In this document: piece after piece, positions 23,001-38,000 of the stretch
How the letters are laid out: each line of letters starts with the position of its first letter
How positions within the stretch are numbered: the stretch's first letter is position 1
Assembly (NCBI RefSeq): GCF_009914755.1
Contig: NC_060937.1
DNA: 64,000 bases
Strand: one strand, 5' to 3'
Source of the DNA: the human T2T-CHM13v2.0 reference genome, Homo sapiens
Notes under the pieces: generated by a model
Seen by the model: only the letters and a program-made list of their open reading frames with translations
Databases searched by the model: none
What the model was told of the DNA's origin: nothing
Translations under genes and position numbers: made by a program

Positions 23001-26000
23001 GCTGTCTAGTTTTTATACGAATTCCCGCTTCCAACGAAATCCTCAAAGCAATCCAAATATCCACTTGCAGAATCCACAAAAAGAGTGTTTCAAAACTGCT
23101 CTATCAATAGAAAGGTTCAACTCTTTTAGTTGAGTACACACATCACAAACAAGTTTCTGAGAATGCTTCTGTCTGGCTTTTATTGGAAGACGTTTCCTTT
23201 TCACCAAAGGCATCAAAGCGCTCCAAATGTCCACTTCCAGATTCTTCCAAAAGAGTGTTTGAAACGTGCTCAAAGTAAGGGAATGTTCAACTCTGTGACT
23301 TGAATGCAGATATCACCAAGTAGTTTCTAATAGTGCTTCTGTCTAGATTTTAGATGATGATATTCCCGTTTCCAACGAAATCGTTAGAGCTATCCAAATA
23401 TCCACTTACAGTTGCTACAAAAACAGTGTTTCCAAACTGCTGCATCAAAAGAAAGGTTCAACTCTGTTAGTTGAGGTCACACGTCACAAAGAAGTTTGTG
23501 AGAATGCTTCTGTCTAGATTTTGTATGACGATATTCCCTTTTCCAACGATATCGTTAAAGCAATCTAAATATCCATTTGCAGAATCCACAAAAATAGAGT
23601 TTCAAAGCTGCTCTGTAAAAAGAAAGGTTCCACTCTGTTAGCTGAGTACACACATCACAAACTTGTTTCTCAGAATCCTTCTGTCTCGTTTTTATGGGAA
23701 GATATTTACTTTTTCACCGTAGGCATCAAAGCGCTCCAAATGTCCACATCCAGATACTCCAGAAAGAGTGTTTCAAACCTGCTCTATGAAAGGGAATCTT
23801 CAACTCTATGAGTTGAATGCAGACATCAGAAAGAAATTTCTGAGAATGCTGCTGTCTACCTTTTATTTGAATTCCCGCTTCCAACGAAATCCTCCAAGCT
23901 ATCCAAATATCCACTTGCAGATTCCACAAAAAGAGTGTTTCAAAACTGCTCTCTATCAATGGCAAAGTTCAACTCTGTTAGTTGAGGACACATATCACCA
24001 ACAAGTTTCTGAGAATGCTTCTGTCTATTTTTTATGGGAAGATATTTCCTTTTTCACCGTAGGCGTCAAGGCGATCGAAATGTCCACTTCCACAAACTAC
24101 AAAAAGAGTGTTTCAAACCTGCTCTATGAAAGGCCATGTTCATCTCTATGAGTCGAATGGAAATATCCGAAAGAAATTTCTGGGAATGCTGCTGTCTAGT
24201 TTTTATACGAATTCCCGCTTCCAACGAAATCCTCAAAGCAATCCAAATATCCACTTGCAGAATCCACAAAAAGAGTGTTTCAAAACTGCTCTATCAATAG
24301 AAAGGTTCAACTCTTTTAGTTGAGTACACACATCACAAACAAGTTTCTGAGAATGCTTCTGTCTGGCTTTTATTGGAAGACGTTTCCTTTTCACCAAAGG
24401 CATCAAAGCGCTCCAAATGTCCACTTCCAGATTCTTCCAAAAGAGTGTTTGAAACGTGCTCAAAGTAAGGGAATGTTCAACTCTGTGACTTGAATGCAGA
24501 TATCACCAAGTAGTTTCTAATAGTGCTTCTGTCTAGATTTTAGATGATGATATTCCCGTTTCCAACGAAATCGTTAGAGCTATCCAAATATCCACTTACA
24601 GTTTCTACAAAAAGAGTGTTTCCAAACTGCTGCATCAAAAGAAAGGTTCAACTCTGTTAGTTGAGGACACACATCACAAAGAAGTTTGTGAGAATGCTTC
24701 TGTCTAGATTTTGTATGACCATATTCCCTTTTCCAGCGATATCATTAAAGCAATCTAAATATCCATTTGCAGAATCCACAAAAATAGAGTTTCAAAGCTG
24801 CTCTGTAAAAAGAAAGGTTCCACTCTGTTAGCTGAGTACACACATCACAAACTTGTTTCTGAGAATCCTTCTGTCTCGTTTTTATGGGAAGATATTTACT
24901 TTTTCACCGTAGGCATCAAAGCGCTCCAAATGTCCACATCCAGATACTCCAGAAAGAGTGTTTCAAACCTGCTCTATGAAAGGGAATCTTCAACTCTATG
25001 AGTTGAATGCAGACATCAGAAAGAAATTTCTGAGAATGCTGCTGTCTACCTTTTATTTGAATTCCCGCTTCCAACGAAATCCTCCAAGCTATCCAAATAT
25101 CCACCTGCATTTTCCACAAAAAGAGCGTTTCAAAACTGCTCTATCAATAGAAATGTTCAACTCCTTTGGCTGGGTACACACATCACAAACAAGTTTCTGA
25201 GAATGCTTCTGTCTAGTTTTTATGGGAAGACATTCCCTTTTTCACCAAAGGCATCAAAGCGCTCCAAATGTCCACTTCCAGACACTACAAAAAGAGTGTT
25301 TCCAACGTGCTCTAAGAAAGCGAATGTTCAACTCTGTGACTTGAATGCAGATATCACAAAGTAGTTTCTGAGAGGGCTTCTGTCTAGATTTTAGATGATG
25401 ATATTCCCGTTTCCAACGAAATCATTAGAGCTATCCAAATATCCACTTACAGTTTCTACAAAAAGAGTGTTTCCAAACTGCTGCATCAAAAGAGAGGTTC
25501 CACTCTGTTAGCTGAGTACACACATCACAAACTTGTTTCTCAGAATCCTTCTGTCTCGTTTTTCTGGGAAGATATTTACTTTTTCACCGTAGGCATCAAA
25601 GCGCTCCAAATGTCCACATCCAGATACTCCAGAAAGAGTGTTTCAAACCTGCTCTATGAAAGGGAATCTTCAACTCTATGAGTTGAATGCAGACATCAGA
25701 AAGAAATTTCTGAGAATGCTGCTGTCTACCTTTTATTTGAATTCCCGCTTCCAACGAAATCCTCCAAGCTATCCAAATATCCACTTGCAGATTCCACAAA
25801 AAGAGTGTTTCAAAACTGCTCTCTATCAATGGCAAAGTTCAACTCTGTTAGTTGAGGACACATATCACCAACAAGTTTCTGAGAATGCTTCTGTCTATTT
25901 TTTATGGGAAGATATTTCCTTTTTCACCGTAGGCGTCAAGGCGATCGAAATGTCCACTTCCACAAACTACAAAAAGAGTGTTTCAAACCTGCTCTATGAA

Positions 26001-29000
26001 AGGCCATGTTCATCTCTATGAGTCGAATGGAAATATCCGAAAAAATTTCTGGGAATGCTGCTGTCTAGTTTTTATACGAATTCCCGCTTCCAACGAAATC
26101 CTCAAAGCAATCCAAATATCCACTTGCAGAATCCACAAAAAGAGTGTTTCAAAACTGCTCTATCAATAGAAAGGTTCAACTCTTTTAGTTGAGTACACAC
26201 ATCACAAACAAGTTTCTGAGAATGCTTCTGTCTGGCTTTTATTGGAAGACGTTTCCTTTTCACCAAAGGCATCAAAGCGCTCCAAATGTCCACTTCCAGA
26301 TTCTTCCAAAAGAGTGTTTGAAACGTGCTCAAAGTAAGGGAATGTTCAACTCTGTGACTTGAATGCAGATATCACCAAGTAGTTTCTAATAGTGCTTCTG
26401 TCTAGATTTTAGATGATGATATTCCCGTTTCCAACGAAATCGTTAGAGCTATCCAAATATCCACTTACAGTTGCTACAAAAAGAGTGTTTCCAAACTGCT
26501 GCATCAAAAGAAAGGTTCAACTCTGTTAGTTGAGGACACACATCACAAAGAAGTTTGTGAGAATGCTTCTGTCTAGATTTTGTATGACCATATTCCCTTT
26601 TCCAGCGATATCATTAAAGCAATCTAAATATCCATTTGCAGAATCCACAAAAATAGAGTTTCAAAGCTGCTCTGTAAAAAGAAAGGTTCCACTCTGTTAG
26701 CTGAGTACACACATCACAAACTTGTTTCTCAGAATCCTTCTGTCTCGTTTTTATGGGAAGATATTTACTTTTTCACCGTAGGCATCAAAGCGCTCCAAAT
26801 GTCCACATCCAGATACTCCAGAAAGAGTGTTTCAAACCTGCTCTATGAAAGGGAATCTTCAACTCTATGAGTTGAATGCAGACATCAGAAAGAAATTTCT
26901 GAGAATGCTGCTGTCTACCTTTTATTTGAATTCCCGCTTCCAACGAAATCCTCCAAGCTATCCAAATATCCACCTGCATTTTCCACAAAAAGAGCGTTTC
27001 AAAACTGCTCTATCAATAGAAATGTTCAACTCCTTTGGCTGGGTACACACATCACAAACAAGTTTCTGAGAATGCTTCTGTCTAGTTTTTATGGGAAGAC
27101 ATTCCCTTTTTCACCAAAGGCATCAAAGCGCTCCAAATGTCCACTTCCAGACACTACAAAAAGAGTGTTTCCAACGTGCTCTAAGAAAGCGAATGTTCAA
27201 CTCTGTGACTTGAATGCAGATATCACAAAGTAGTTTCTGAGAGGGCTTCTGTCTAGATTTTAGATGATGATATTCCCGTTTCCAACGAAATCATTAGAGC
27301 TATCCAAATATCCACTTACAGTTTCTACAAAAAGAGTGTTTCCAAACTGCTGCATCAAAAGAGAGGTTCCACTCTGTTAGCTGAGTACACACATCACAAA
27401 CTTGTTTCTCAGAATCCTTCTGTCTCGTTTTTCTGGGAAGATATTTACTTTTTCACCGTAGGCATCAAAGCGCTCCAAATGTCCACATCCAGATACTCCA
27501 GAAAGAGTGTTTCAAACCTGCTCTATGAAAGGGAATCTTCAACTCTATGAGTTGAATGCAGACATCAGAAAGAAATTTCTGAGAATGCTGCTGTCTACCT
27601 TTTATTTGAATTCCCGCTTCCAACGAAATCCTCCAAGCTATCCAAATATCCACTTGCAGATTCCACAAAAAGAGTGTTTCAAAACTGCTCTCTATCAATG
27701 GCAAAGTTCAACTCTGTTAGTTGAGGACACATATCACCAACAAGTTTCTGAGAATGCTTCTGTCTATTTTTTATGGGAAGATATTTCCTTTTTCACCGTA
27801 GGCGTCAAGGCGATCGAAATGTCCACTTCCACAAACTACAAAAAGAGTGTTTCAAACCTGCTCTATGAAAGGCCATGTTCATCTCTATGAGTCGAATGGA
27901 AATATCCGAAAGAAATTTCTGGGAATGCTGCTGTCTAGTTTTTATACGAATTCCCGCTTCCAACGAAATCCTCAAAGCAATCCAAATATCCACTTGCAGA
28001 ATCCACAAAAAGAGTGTTTCAAAACTGCTCTATCAATAGAAAGGTTCAACTCTTTTAGTTGAGTACACACATCACAAACAAGTTTCTGAGAATGCTTCTG
28101 TCTGGCTTTTATTGGAAGACGTTTCCTTTTCACCAAAGGCATCAAAGCGCTCCAAATGTCCACTTCCAGATTCTTCCAAAAGAGTGTTTGAAACGTGCTC
28201 AAAGTAAGGGAATGTTCAACTCTGTGACTTGAATGCAGATATCACCAAGTAGTTTCTAATAGTGCTTCTGTCTAGATTTTAGATGATGATATTCCCGTTT
28301 CCAACGAAATCGTTAGAGCTATCCAAATATCCACTTACAGTTGCTACAAAAACAGTGTTTCCAAACTGCTGCATCAAAAGAAAGGTTCAACTCTGTTAGT
28401 TGAGGACACACGTCACAAAGAAGTTTGTGAGAATGCTTCTGTCTAGATTTTGTATGACGATATTCCCTTTTCCAACGATATCGTTAAAGCAATCTAAATA
28501 TCCATTTGCAGAATCCACAAAAATAGAGTTTCAAAGCTGCTCTGTAAAAAGAAAGGTTCCACTCTGTTAGCTGAGTACACACATCACAAACTTGTTTCTG
28601 AGAATCCTTCTGTCTCGTTTTTATGGGAAGATATTTACTTTTTCACCGTAGGCATCAAAGCGCTCCAAATGTCCACATCCAGATACTCCAGAAAGAGTGT
28701 TTCAAACCTGCTCTATGAAAGGGAATCTTCAACTCTATGAGTTGAATGCAGACATCAGAAAGAAATTTCTGAGAATGCTGCTGTCTACCTTTTATTTGAA
28801 TTCCCGCTTCCAACGAAATCCTCCAAGCTATCCAAATATCCACTTGCAGATTCCACAAAAAGAGTGTTTCAAAACTGCTCTCTATCAATGGCAAAGTTCA
28901 ACTCTGTTAGTTGAGGACACATATCACCAACAAGTTTCTGAGAATGCTTCTGTCTATTTTTTATGGGAAGATATTTCCTTTTTCACCGTAGGCGTCAAGG

Positions 29001-32000
29001 CGATCGAAATGTCCACTTCCACAAACTACAAAAAGAGTGTTTCAAACCTGCTCTATGAAAGGCCATGTTCATCTCTATGAGTCGAATGGAAATATCCGAA
29101 AGAAATTTCTGGGAATGCTGCTGTCTAGTTTTTATACGAATTCCCGCTTCCAACGAAATCCTCAAAGCAATCCAAATATCCACTTGCAGAATCCACAAAA
29201 AGAGTGTTTCAAAACTGCTCTATCAATAGAAAGGTTCAACTCTTTTAGTTGAGTACACACATCACAAACAAGTTTCTGAGAATGCTTCTGTCTGGCTTTT
29301 ATTGGAAGACGTTTCCTTTTCACCAAAGGCATCAAAGCGCTCCAAATGTCCACTTCCAGATTCTTCCAAAAGAGTGTTTGAAACGTGCTCAAAGTAAGGG
29401 AATGTTCAACTCTGTGACTTGAATGCAGATATCACCAAGTAGTTTCTAATAGTGCTTCTGTCTAGATTTTAGATGATGATATTCCCGTTTCCAACGAAAT
29501 CGTTAGAGCTATCCAAATATCCACTTACAGTTTCTACAAAAAGAGTGTTTCCAAACTGCTGCATCAAAAGAAAGGTTCAACTCTGTTAGTTGAGGACACA
29601 CATCACAAAGAAGTTTGTGAGAATGCTTCTGTCTAGATTTTGTATGACCATATTCCCTTTTCCAGCGATATCATTAAAGCAATCTAAATATCCATTTGCA
29701 GAATCCACAAAAATAGGGTTTCAAAGCTGCTCTGTAAAAAGAAAGGTTCCACTCTGTTAGCTGAGTACACACATCACAAACTTGTTTCTCAGAATCCTTC
29801 TGTCTCGTTTTTATGGGAAGATATTTACTTTTTCACCGTAGGCATCAAAGCGCTCCAAATGTCCACATCCAGATACTCCAGAAAGAGTGTTTCAAACCTG
29901 CTCTATGAAAGGGAATCTTCAACTCTATGAGTTGAATGCAGACATCAGAAAGAAATTTCTGAGAATGCTGCTGTCTACCTTTTATTTGAACTCCCGCTTC
30001 CAACGAAATCCTCCAAGCTATCCAAATATCCACTTGCATTTTCCACAAAAAGAGTGCTTCAAAACTGCTCTATCAATAAATGTTCAACTCCTTTAGCTGG
30101 GTGCACACATCACAAACAAGTTTCTGAGAATGCTTCTGTCTAGTTTTTATGGGAAGACATTCCCTTTTTCACCAAAGGCATCAAAGCGCTCCAAATGTCC
30201 ACTTCCAGACACTACAAAAAGAGTGTTTCCAACGTGCTCTAAGAAAGCGAATGTTCAACTCTGTGACTTGAATGCAGATATCACAAAGTAGTTTCTGAGA
30301 GGGCTTCTGTCTAGATTTTAGATGATGATATTCCCGTTTCCAACGAAATCATTAGAGCTATCCAAATATCCACTTACAGTTTCTACAAAAAGAGTGTTTC
30401 CAAACTGCTGCATCAAAAGAGAGGTTCCACTCTGTTAGCTGAGTACACACATCACAAACTTGTTTCTGAGAATCCTTCTGTGTCGTTTTTATGGGAAGAT
30501 ATTTACTTTTTCACCGTAGGCATCAAAGCGCTCCAAATGTCCACATCCAGATACTCCAGAAAGAGTGTTTCAAACCTGCTCTATGAAAGGGAATCTTCAA
30601 CTCTATGAGTTGAATGCAGACATCAGAAAGAAATTTCTGAGAATGCTGCTGTCTACCTTTTATTTGAATTCCCGCTTCCAACGAAATCCTCCAAGCTATC
30701 CAAATATCCACTTGCAGATTCCACAAAAAGAGTGTTTCAAAACTGCTCTCTATCAATGGCAAAGTTCAACTCTGTTAGTTGAGGACACATATCACCAACA
30801 AGTTTCTGAGAATGCTTCTGTCTATTTTTTATGGGAAGATATTTCCTTTTTCACCGTAGGCGTCAAGGCGATCGAAATGTCCACTTCCACAAACTACAAA
30901 AAGAGTGTTTCAAACCTGCTCTATGAAAGGCCATGTTCATCTCTATGAGTCGAATGGAAATATCCGAAAGAAATTTCTGGGAATGCTGCTGTCTAGTTTT
31001 TATACGAATTCCCGCTTCCAACGAAATCCTCAAAGCAATCCAAATATCCACTTGCAGAATCCACAAAAAGAGTGTTTCAAAACTGCTCTATCAATAGAAA
31101 GGTTCAACTCTTTTAGTTGAGTACACACATCACAAACAAGTTTCTGAGAATGCTTCTGTCTGGCTTTTATTGGAAGACGTTTCCTTTTCACCAAAGGCAT
31201 CAAAGCGCTCCAAATGTCCACTTCCAGATTCTTCCAAAAGAGTGTTTGAAACGTGCTCAAAGTAAGGGAATGTTCAACTCTGTGACTTGAATGCAGATAT
31301 CACCAAGTAGTTTCTAATAGTGCTTCTGTCTAGATTTTAGATGATGATATTCCCGTTTCCAACGAAATCGTTAGAGCTATCCAAATATCCACTTACAGTT
31401 GCTACAAAAACAGTGTTTCCAAACTGCTGCATCAAAAGAAAGGTTCAACTCTGTTAGTTGAGGACACACGTCACAAAGAAGTTTGTGAGAATGCTTCTGT
31501 CTAGATTTTGTATGACGATATTCCCTTTTCCAACGATATCGTTAAAGCAATCTAAATATCCATTTGCAGAATCCACAAAAATAGAGTTTCAAAGCTGCTC
31601 TGTAAAAAGAAAGGTTCCACTCTGTTAGCTGAGTACACACATCACAAACTTGTTTCTCAGAATCCTTCTGTCTCGTTTTTCTGGGAAGATATTTACTTTT
31701 TCACCGTAGGCATCAAAGCGCTCCAAATGTCCACATCCAGATACTCCAGAAAGAGTGTTTCAAACCTGCTCTATGAAAGGGAATCTTCAACTCTATGAGT
31801 TGAATGCAGACATCAGAAAGAAATTTCTGAGAATGCTGCTGTCTACCTTTTATTTGAATTCCCGCTTCCAACGAAATCCTCCAAGCTATCCAAATATCCA
31901 CTTGCAGATTCCACAAAAAGAGTGTTTCAAAACTGCTCTCTATCAATGGCAAAGTTCAACTCTGTTAGTTGAGGACACATATCACCAACAAGTTTCTGAG

Positions 32001-35000
32001 AATGCTTCTGTCTATTTTTTATGGGAAGATATTTCCTTTTTCACCGTAGGCGTCAAGGCGATCGAAATGTCCACTTCCACAAACTACAAAAAGAGTGTTT
32101 CAAACCTGCTCTATGAAAGGCCATGTTCATCTCTATGAGTCGAATGGAAATATCCGAAAGAAATTTCTGGGAATGCTGCTGTCTAGTTTTTATACGAATT
32201 CCCGCTTCCAACGAAATCCTCAAAGCAATCCAAATATCCACTTGCAGAATCCACAAAAAGAGTGTTTCAAAACTGCTCTATCAATAGAAAGGTTCAACTC
32301 TTTTAGTTGAGTACACACATCACAAACAAGTTTCTGAGAATGCTTCTGTCTGGCTTTTATTGGAAGACGTTTCCTTTTCACCAAAGGCATCAAAGCGCTC
32401 CAAATGTCCACTTCCAGATTCTTCCAAAAGAGTGTTTGAAACGTGCTCAAAGTAAGGGAATGTTCAACTCTGTGACTTGAATGCAGATATCACCAAGTAG
32501 TTTCTAATAGTGCTTCTGTCTAGATTTTAGATGATGATATTCCCGTTTCCAACGAAATCGTTAGAGCTATCCAAATATCCACTTACAGTTGCTACAAAAA
32601 CAGTGTTTCCAAACTGCTGCATCAAAAGAAAGGTTCAACTCTGTTAGTTGAGGACACACGTCACAAAGAAGTTTGTGAGAATGCTTCTGTCTAGATTTTG
32701 TATGACGATATTCCCTTTTCCAACGATATCGTTAAAGCAATCTAAATATCCATTTGCAGAATCCACAAAAATAGAGTTTCAAAGCTGCTCTGTAAAAAGA
32801 AAGGTTCCACTCTGTTAGCTGAGTACACACATCACAAACTTGTTTCTCAGAATCCTTCTGTCTCGTTTTTCTGGGAAGATATTTACTTTTTCACCGTAGG
32901 CATCAAAGCGCTCCAAATGTCCACATCCAGATACTCCAGAAAGAGTGTTTCAAACCTGCTCTATGAAAGGGAATCTTCAACTCTATGAGTTGAATGCAGA
33001 CATCAGAAAGAAATTTCTGAGAATGCTGCTGTCTACCTTTTATTTGAATTCCCGCTTCCAACGAAATCCTCCAAGCTATCCAAATATCCACTTGCAGATT
33101 CCACAAAAAGAGTGTTTCAAAACTGCTCTCTATCAATGGCAAAGTTCAACTCTGTTAGTTGAGGACACATATCACCAACAAGTTTCTGAGAATGCTTCTG
33201 TCTATTTTTTATGGGAAGATATTTCCTTTTTCACCGTAGGCGTCAAGGCGATCGAAATGTCCACTTCCACAAACTACAAAAAGAGTGTTTCAAACCTGCT
33301 CTATGAAAGGCCATGTTCATCTCTATGAGTCGAATGGAAATATCCGAAAGAAATTTCTGGGAATGCTGCTGTCTAGTTTTTATACGAATTCCCGCTTCCA
33401 ACGAAATCCTCAAAGCAATCCAAATATCCACTTGCAGAATCCACAAAAAGAGTGTTTCAAAACTGCTCTATCAATAGAAAGGTTCAACTCTTTTAGTTGA
33501 GTACACACATCACAAACAAGTTTCTGAGAATGCTTCTGTCTGGCTTTTATTGGAAGACGTTTCCTTTTCACCAAAGGCATCAAAGCGCTCCAAATGTCCA
33601 CTTCCAGATTCTTCCAAAAGAGTGTTTGAAACGTGCTCAAAGTAAGGGAATGTTCAACTCTGTGACTTGAATGCAGATATCACCAAGTAGTTTCTAATAG
33701 TGCTTCTGTCTAGATTTTAGATGATGATATTCCCGTTTCCAACGAAATCGTTAGAGCTATCCAAATATCCACTTACAGTTTCTACAAAAAGAGTGTTTCC
33801 AAACTGCTGCATCAAAAGAAAGGTTCAACTCTGTTAGTTGAGGACACACATCACAAAGAAGTTTGTGAGAATGCTTCTGTCTAGATTTTGTATGACCATA
33901 TTCCCTTTTCCAGCGATATCATTAAAGCAATCTAAATATCCATTTGCAGAATCCACAAAAATAGAGTTTCAAAGCTGCTCTGTAAAAAGAAAGGTTCCAC
34001 TCTGTTAGCTGAGTACACACATCACAAACTTGTTTCTCAGAATCCTTCTGTCTCGTTTTTATGGGAAGATATTTACTTTTTCACCGTAGGCATCAAAGCG
34101 CTCCAAATGTCCACATCCAGATACTCCAGAAAGAGTGTTTCAAACCTGCTCTATGAAAGGGAATCTTCAACTCTATGAGTTGAATGCAGACATCAGAAAG
34201 AAATTTCTGAGAATGCTGCTGTCTACCTTTTATTTGAATTCCCGCTTCCAACGAAATCCTCCAAGCTATCCAAATATCCACCTGCATTTTCCACAAAAAG
34301 AGCGTTTCAAAACTGCTCTATCAATAGAAATGTTCAACTCCTTTGGCTGGGTACACACATCACAAACAAGTTTCTGAGAATGCTTCTGTCTAGTTTTTAT
34401 GGGAAGACATTCCCTTTTTCACCAAAGGCATCAAAGCGCTCCAAATGTCCACTTCCAGACACTACAAAAAGAGTGTTTCCAACGTGCTCTAAGAAAGCGA
34501 ATGTTCAACTCTGTGACTTGAATGCAGATATCACAAAGTAGTTTCTGAGAGGGCTTCTGTGTAGATTTTAGATGATGATATTCCCGTTTCCAACGAAATC
34601 ATTAGAGCTATCCAAATATCCACTTACAGTTTCTACAAAAAGAGTGTTTCCAAACTGCTGCATCAAAAGAGAGGTTCCACTCTGTTAGCTGAGTACACAC
34701 ATCACAAACTTGTTTCTCAGAATCCTTCTGTCTCGTTTTTCTGGGAAGATATTTACTTTTTCACCGTAGGCATCAAAGCGCTCCAAATGTCCACATCCAG
34801 ATACTCCAGAAAGAGTGTTTCAAACCTGCTCTATGAAAGGGAATCTTCAACTCTATGAGTTGAATGCAGACATCAGAAAGAAATTTCTGAGAATGCTGCT
34901 GTCTACCTTTTATTTGAATTCCCGCTTCCAACGAAATCCTCCAAGCTATCCAAATATCCACTTGCAGATTCCACAAAAAGAGTGTTTCAAAACTGCTCTC

Positions 35001-38000
35001 TATCAATGGCAAAGTTCAACTCTGTTAGTTGAGGACACATATCACCAACAAGTTTCTGAGAATGCTTCTGTCTATTTTTTATGGGAAGATATTTCCTTTT
35101 TCACCGTAGGCGTCAAGGCGATCGAAATGTCCACTTCCACAAACTACAAAAAGAGTGTTTCAAACCTGCTCTATGAAAGGCCATGTTCATCTCTATGAGT
35201 CGAATGGAAATATCCGAAAGAAATTTCTGGGAATGCTGCTGTCTAGTTTTTATACGAATTCCCGCTTCCAACGAAATCCTCAAAGCAATCCAAATATCCA
35301 CTTGCAGAATCCACAAAAAGAGTGTTTCAAAACTGCTCTATCAATAGAAAGGTTCAACTCTTTTAGTTGAGTACACACATCACAAACAAGTTTCTGAGAA
35401 TGCTTCTGTCTGGCTTTTATTGGAAGACGTTTCCTTTTCACCAAAGGCATCAAAGCGCTCCAAATGTCCACTTCCAGATTCTTCCAAAAGAGTGTTTGAA
35501 ACGTGCTCAAAGTAAGGGAATGTTCAACTCTGTGACTTGAATGCAGATATCACCAAGTAGTTTCTAATAGTGCTTCTGTCTAGATTTTAGATGATGATAT
35601 TCCCGTTTCCAACGAAATCGTTAGAGCTATCCAAATATCCACTTACAGTTGCTACAAAAACAGTGTTTCCAAACTGCTGCATCAAAAGAAAGGTTCAACT
35701 CTGTTAGTTGAGGTCACACGTCACAAAGAAGTTTGTGAGAATGCTTCTGTCTAGATTTTGTATGACGATATTCCCTTTTCCAACGATATCGTTAAAGCAA
35801 TCTAAATATCCATTTGCAGAATCCACAAAAATAGAGTTTCAAAGCTGCTCTGTAAAAAGAAAGGTTCCACTCTGTTAGCTGAGTACACACATCACAAACT
35901 TGTTTCTCAGAATCCTTCTGTCTCGTTTTTATGGGAAGATATTTACTTTTTCACCGTAGGCATCAAAGCGCTCCAAATGTCCACATCCAGATACTCCAGA
36001 AAGAGTGTTTCAAACCTGCTCTATGAAAGGGAATCTTCAACTCTATGAGTTGAATGCAGACATCAGAAAGAAATTTCTGAGAATGCTGCTGTCTACCTTT
36101 TATTTGAATTCCCGCTTCCAACGAAATCCTCCAAGCTATCCAAATATCCACTTGCAGATTCCACAAAAAGAGTGTTTCAAAACTGCTCTCTATCAATGGC
36201 AAAGTTCAACTCTGTTAGTTGAGGACACATATCACCAACAAGTTTCTGAGAATGCTTCTGTCTATTTTTTATGGGAAGATATTTCCTTTTTCACCGTAGG
36301 CGTCAAGGCGATCGAAATGTCCACTTCCACAAACTACAAAAAGAGTGTTTCAAACCTGCTCTATGAAAGGCCATGTTCATCTCTATGAGTCGAATGGAAA
36401 TATCCGAAAGAAATTTCTGGGAATGCTGCTGTCTAGTTTTTATACGAATTCCCGCTTCCAACGAAATCCTCAAAGCAATCCAAATATCCACTTGCAGAAT
36501 CCACAAAAAGAGTGTTTCAAAACTGCTCTATCAATAGAAAGGTTCAACTCTTTTAGTTGAGTACACACATCACAAACAAGTTTCTGAGAATGCTTCTGTC
36601 TGGCTTTTATTGGAAGACGTTTCCTTTTCACCAAAGGCATCAAAGCGCTCCAAATGTCCACTTCCAGATTCTTCCAAAAGAGTGTTTGAAACGTGCTCAA
36701 AGTAAGGGAATGTTCAACTCTGTGACTTGAATGCAGATATCACCAAGTAGTTTCTAATAGTGCTTCTGTCTAGATTTTAGATGATGATATTCCCGTTTCC
36801 AACGAAATCGTTAGAGCTATCCAAATATCCACTTACAGTTGCTACAAAAACAGTGTTTCCAAACTGCTGCATCAAAAGAAAGGTTCAACTCTGTTAGTTG
36901 AGGTCACACGTCACAAAGAAGTTTGTGAGAATGCTTCTGTCTAGATTTTGTATGACGATATTCCCTTTTCCAACGATATCGTTAAAGCAATCTAAATATC
37001 CATTTGCAGAATCCACAAAAATAGAGTTTCAAAGCTGCTCTGTAAAAAGAAAGGTTCCACTCTGTTAGCTGAGTACACACATCACAAACTTGTTTCTGAG
37101 AATCCTTCTGTCTCGTTTTTATGGGAAGATATTTACTTTTTCACCGTAGGCATCAAAGCGCTCCAAATGTCCACATCCAGATACTCCAGAAAGAGTGTTT
37201 CAAACCTGCTCTATGAAAGGGAATCTTCAACTCTATGAGTTGAATGCAGACATCAGAAAGAAATTTCTGAGAATGCTGCTGTCTACCTTTTATTTGAATT
37301 CCCGCTTCCAACGAAATCCTCCAAGCTATCCAAATATCCACCTGCATTTTCCACAAAAAGAGCGTTTCAAAACTGCTCTATCAATAGAAATGTTCAACTC
37401 CTTTGGCTGGGTACACACATCACAAACAAGTTTCTGAGAATGCTTCTGTCTAGTTTTTATGGGAAGACATTCCCTTTTTCACCAAAGGCATCAAAGCGCT
37501 CCAAATGTCCACTTCCAGACACTACAAAAAGAGTGTTTCCAACGTGCTCTAAGAAAGCGAATGTTCAACTCTGTGACTTGAATGCAGATATCACAAAGTA
37601 GTTTCTGAGAGGGCTTCTGTCTAGATTTTAGATGATGATATTCCCGTTTCCAACGAAATCATTAGAGCTATCCAAATATCCACTTACAGTTTCTACAAAA
37701 AGAGTGTTTCCAAACTGCTGCATCAAAAGAGAGGTTCCACTCTGTTAGCTGAGTACACACATCACAAACTTGTTTCTCAGAATCCTTCTGTCTCGTTTTT
37801 CTGGGAAGATATTTACTTTTTCACCGTAGGCATCAAAGCGCTCCAAATGTCCACATCCAGATACTCCAGAAAGAGTGTTTCAAACCTGCTCTATGAAAGG
37901 GAATCTTCAACTCTATGAGTTGAATGCAGACATCAGAAAGAAATTTCTGAGAATGCTGCTGTCTACCTTTTATTTGAATTCCCGCTTCCAACGAAATCCT

